64,000 nt of DNA from Lama glama (taxonomy: Eukaryota). The stretch spans positions 930,001 through 994,000 of the forward strand of contig CM052829.1 in the NCBI GenBank assembly GCA_028534125.1, given 5' to 3'. The notes beneath the pieces are model-generated. The model had not been told where the DNA came from and did not search any database. It worked only from the letters and a program-made list of their open reading frames with translations. Numbering within the stretch: the stretch's first letter is position 1; each line of letters begins with the position of its first letter. The position numbers were made by a program, and so were the translations under genes. Below are positions 60,640 to 64,000 of the stretch, piece by piece.

Positions 60640-63600
60640 CGTGTTTCCCTCTTACGTGTTTTCCTCTGTTGTTTACCAGGTCTGTTGCTTCAGATGGCAC
60701 GTTACTCGGTGCTGCGTCTTTAAGCTGCACGAGCCCGGAGCCTCGCTGGTCCTGGTGGGAAGTGATCTCCGGCCACTCGTCCTCGACGGACCTCCGTGCG
60801 TCTGAGAGGCCGCCCCGCCGTTGGTGCAGCTGCGCTCCCGTGCCCACCGCCCGCGGGTCCTGCTGTGCGGCCGCAGGGGTTTCTTTGTCCAGCCGGCTCT
60901 GTGCGCGTGTTTGTTGTCCCAGGTGTGTTTTCACAAACAGCGCCCCCGCCGAACCTGGCGCGCCTGCAGCACGTGTGCATTTGCGCCTCTCAGCCCCGCG
61001 CCTCCGAGGGCCGAGTCCGCGCCGCGCGGCCTGCTGGCGGGATGAAGCCGCGGTTCCCGGGCGGCTGCGCCCGCTCACTGGCCGCCCGGCGTCCTCTCTG
61101 ACCGGCTCTCTGCCCGGTTCCGCACCCCGCGTTGGGCCGCTGGGCGGAGGCGAAAGGGTGTCTCAGGGCGGGTTTCATTCTTGTTGCCATGGCGACGGGC
61201 TGTCAGTTTCCATCTTCGCGGGGCAACCCCGTTTTATCTTCCTGAAATTCACACTGAAACTGTGTGCACATTTTATGTTGGCTTTGGGGTTTTGTAGGAA
61301 TAATTTGTATGTCGTGGCTTTTTAGCCTTTGTCCAGCGCATGGCGGCGAGCTCTCCTGGCCTCGGCAGTCTGCTTGCTTCCCTCTCGCCGCCTCCAGTGG
61401 AGAGAAGTGACTGGTTTCGCCGCAGCGGAGCACATGCAGCTGTTCTCCGCGGTGTCTGCGTGCTGCCGAATTAACCATTCCCTCTCCTGAGGCCATAAAT
61501 GCAGATTTCAGGTTATCTTCTAACAGTGCATTTTGCCTCTCACGTTTCCTGTCGTAGTCTCCGCGCGCGGCGCGCAGGGTGGACTGGGCGGCGCTGCGCT
61601 CCCGGAGGATGACCAGTTGTTCCAGCTGCTTGCTGACGTGCGTGCTTTCCCCGCTGATCTGCAACGTCAGTTCGGTCTTGAACGACACTTCCACAGCTCC
61701 ATGAGTCTGTTTCTGGATTTTTAAAAATTCTTTTCCATGAGTTAATGTTTCTCTCCCTCATCGACACTATGCTGTAATGATTTTCTCCATAAAAGGTTTG
61801 CACACTTTGTTAATGCTTATTTTCAGATATATTGTCTGTCTTTTAAAAAAAAATTATACTTAGTGATCCTTCATTAATGGTGGGTGATAGGTAACCTTTT
61901 ACTTGATTTCTGCACTGATTTTCTGCTAAAAGCCATGCCTCATTAATGATAAGTTTATTGATTTTGGGTTTTATATGTAGACAATTATATCAATCTTAAT
62001 TATAATGCCCTAAAATCTTGTTTTCCAGTCCTTGTGTATACACTTAGGAAAACCCCTAATTTCACTCGTTAAAATCTCCAGGCAGTGCTGACTGGAAACG
62101 TGAGGAGAGCCAGGCTCACCCTCAGTCAGCACAGCTGAGATCCACCACCAGCGACAACGGCGGCTGGAGGTTTGTCGGAATGTGTTTTATCAGTTTTAGA
62201 AAATCAGCTTCTCTTTAGAGTTGCCAAAAAGTGTATTGTCACAAACCCGGACACTTTTGAGGGGAAAAGGAGTCCTACCATTACACAGATACAGCATTTG
62301 AAAGCAGGTCCGCCCTGAACAAGGCAGAACGTATGGTTATAACTCTGTCTATGCTTGATTTATTAATAAGACTTTAATCTTGAATATACGTCAAGCACAA
62401 TTAAGTTTACCAAGGATTTATTGAGTTAATTGCGTATGTTTTCTCCCTTCAACTATTTCTGCAGTGAACTGTGCTCATTGATTTTTGCTAACTTTGGATT
62501 CCTGGAATCCAGTATATGTGGCTGTCATGTGTTGTGTTTGTTGATAGAACACCTTTGTTTTGATCATATATTAGATGCACAGGATTTTAGCATGTCTGTT
62601 CCTAAGCAAGATGGACTTTGATTTCCAATTTTCATGGCATATTTGTGCTCCATATCAGCATCTGTTAGCCTTGTTGGTTGCACTGGGGGTTGACCTTCTG
62701 TGTTCCAGTTGGTTTAAGATTATACTTTTCCTATTTGAACGTTCCCTTGAATTTGTTAGTACATGTATTTAGAAGTGGTACTTTTTTTCTTGTTGCTGAA
62801 GATTTTTAAACTGCTGGTTAAACTATGTGTAAATAGGACTATCTTTGTTTTCAGTAAGTTTCTGTAAGTTATGTGTTGCTGGAAAGTTGTCACTTTAATA
62901 TGTTTTCAAGTTTAATGTAACAAAGTTTCTCCTAATGTTGATCTCGGCAGCTCTGTAACTGTGCGTCTTTTTGACGCCCTGGCAGGTTGTTTAGACCGTT
63001 TCTGTCTGTGCGCTGGTTGTGTCAAGTCACACGTATCAGTCTGGCTTTGTTTTTCCACTGTAGGTCGTTTGTTCTTTGCGTATTGGTTTCTGCGTTTGCC
63101 TAGTTACCTTTTTCTTTCACTCCTTCAGGGTTGTTCTACATGCATTTCTCATTAGTATTTAGCCTTTCTTATTTTTTCTCGTAAGCCTTTAAGCACATGC
63201 CTTTCCCCTGAAATGCCATTTTAGCTAAATGCTCAAGTTTTAATACATAATTCTGGTAGTTTTTCCATGCAAAGTGTCTGTCAATATCCCCTTGGGTTTC
63301 TTCTTCAACCCACAATTTATTTTAAAATGTGCTTCCTTAATTTCCAGTTCTGTAACTTTTTATGTGATATAATTTCAAACAGTTGTATGTTGGGTAGATA
63401 ATATTATTTATAGGAAATCGGTTCCTTCATTTTTTAAAAGATTTGTTTCATGGTCAATATGTCATCAGTTTTTTAAGATGTCCTGTGGTGCGTTCTGCAG
63501 TTGTGGCCATTACCCTGCATGCTCGTTAGATTATTACTGTTATGCTCTTCATGCTTTCTGTGTTCTCTGAGAGTTGTGCTAAAATCTTCCACTGTATTGG

Positions 63601-63900
63601 TAATTTTTCTGTGTATGACAGTAATTCTTACAATGTTTTCATACAGTTTGAGGTTATTTTACTCAATGCATACAACTTAAATACTTCTCATTGCATAGTG
63701 ACAATTTCTCTAATAATGCGTTTTCTTTTATTTTAAGATCTATTTTGTCCCATACAAATACATGCTATTCAGGCTAATGCTCGTGTCTGTCCACACTGGT
63801 CTGGCCCATCTACTCTCCCGCTCTGTCCTCCGTGTTTGCTGCCGTTCTGCAGTAGACACTGTGTGCTGCCCACATTTCAGCTTGAGAACTGAGGTGCACG
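60640..63900 (-). mobile_element. Ancient L1 (L1ME-like), 3' UTR through ORF2; left ~1 kb converted to CpG-rich sequence
   Basis: AT-rich antisense L1 ORF2 from ~61720 rightward; collinear L1 landmarks persist leftward (GATGACCAGTTGTTCCAGC...TTTCCCCGCTGATCTGCA...CATGAGTCTGTTTCTGGA). Confidence 0.7.
61183..61196. promoter_or_regulatory. RFX X-box motif
   Basis: GTTGCCATGGCGAC, 13/14 match to the palindromic X-box GTTGCCATGGCAAC. Confidence 0.5.
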
Positions 63901-64000
63901 TTCCCCACCTACTGGGAGTGCTGGCTGCTGGCCGCTCCAGCTAAGTCAATCATGGGCAGTTTCCTTCTAACAAGCAGATCTGGCTTGCCACAGGTAGCAC

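Noticed and set aside
61203-61694. 163-aa minus-strand ORF that looks coiled-coil-like
   Set aside because: Lies in GC-converted L1 ORF2/3' sequence, in a different frame from the ORF2-like motif; starts at GTG; no independent coding evidence
1-64000. Assignment of the locus to a named gene
   Set aside because: No exon was recognised, so any gene name would be a guess; BLAST of the unique blocks (e.g. 52960-53720, 19870-20100) is needed

Overview
Mammalian genomic DNA, GC-rich and apparently non-coding, with a subtelomeric-like composition. It is most likely from a camelid (camel, alpaca or llama), judged from a Vic-1-like tRNA-derived SINE at ~2735-2880 and cetartiodactyl/camelid-type L1 3' tails. 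I could not recognise any protein-coding exon or RNA gene. The long ORFs in the track are explained by high GC, tandem repeats, decayed L1 or the 500-N gap (27008-27507). The window contains decayed L1, L2, MIR, MaLR/ERVL LTRs, a MER58-type DNA transposon, one ERV1 (MER41-like) solo LTR with a 4-bp TSD, two minisatellites and several microsatellites. It also has about five CpG islands with no attached gene, several good CTCF motifs, and AT-rich unique islands dense in developmental TF motifs, so it reads as a gene desert or large intron with regulatory elements. The most unusual signal is local AT-to-GC remodelling of old repeats, especially an ancient L1 3' end that has become a CpG island carrying an RFX X-box (~60640-61720). 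All repeat-family calls are from memory of consensus sequences and were not searched. I found no evidence for a novel multi-gene system.
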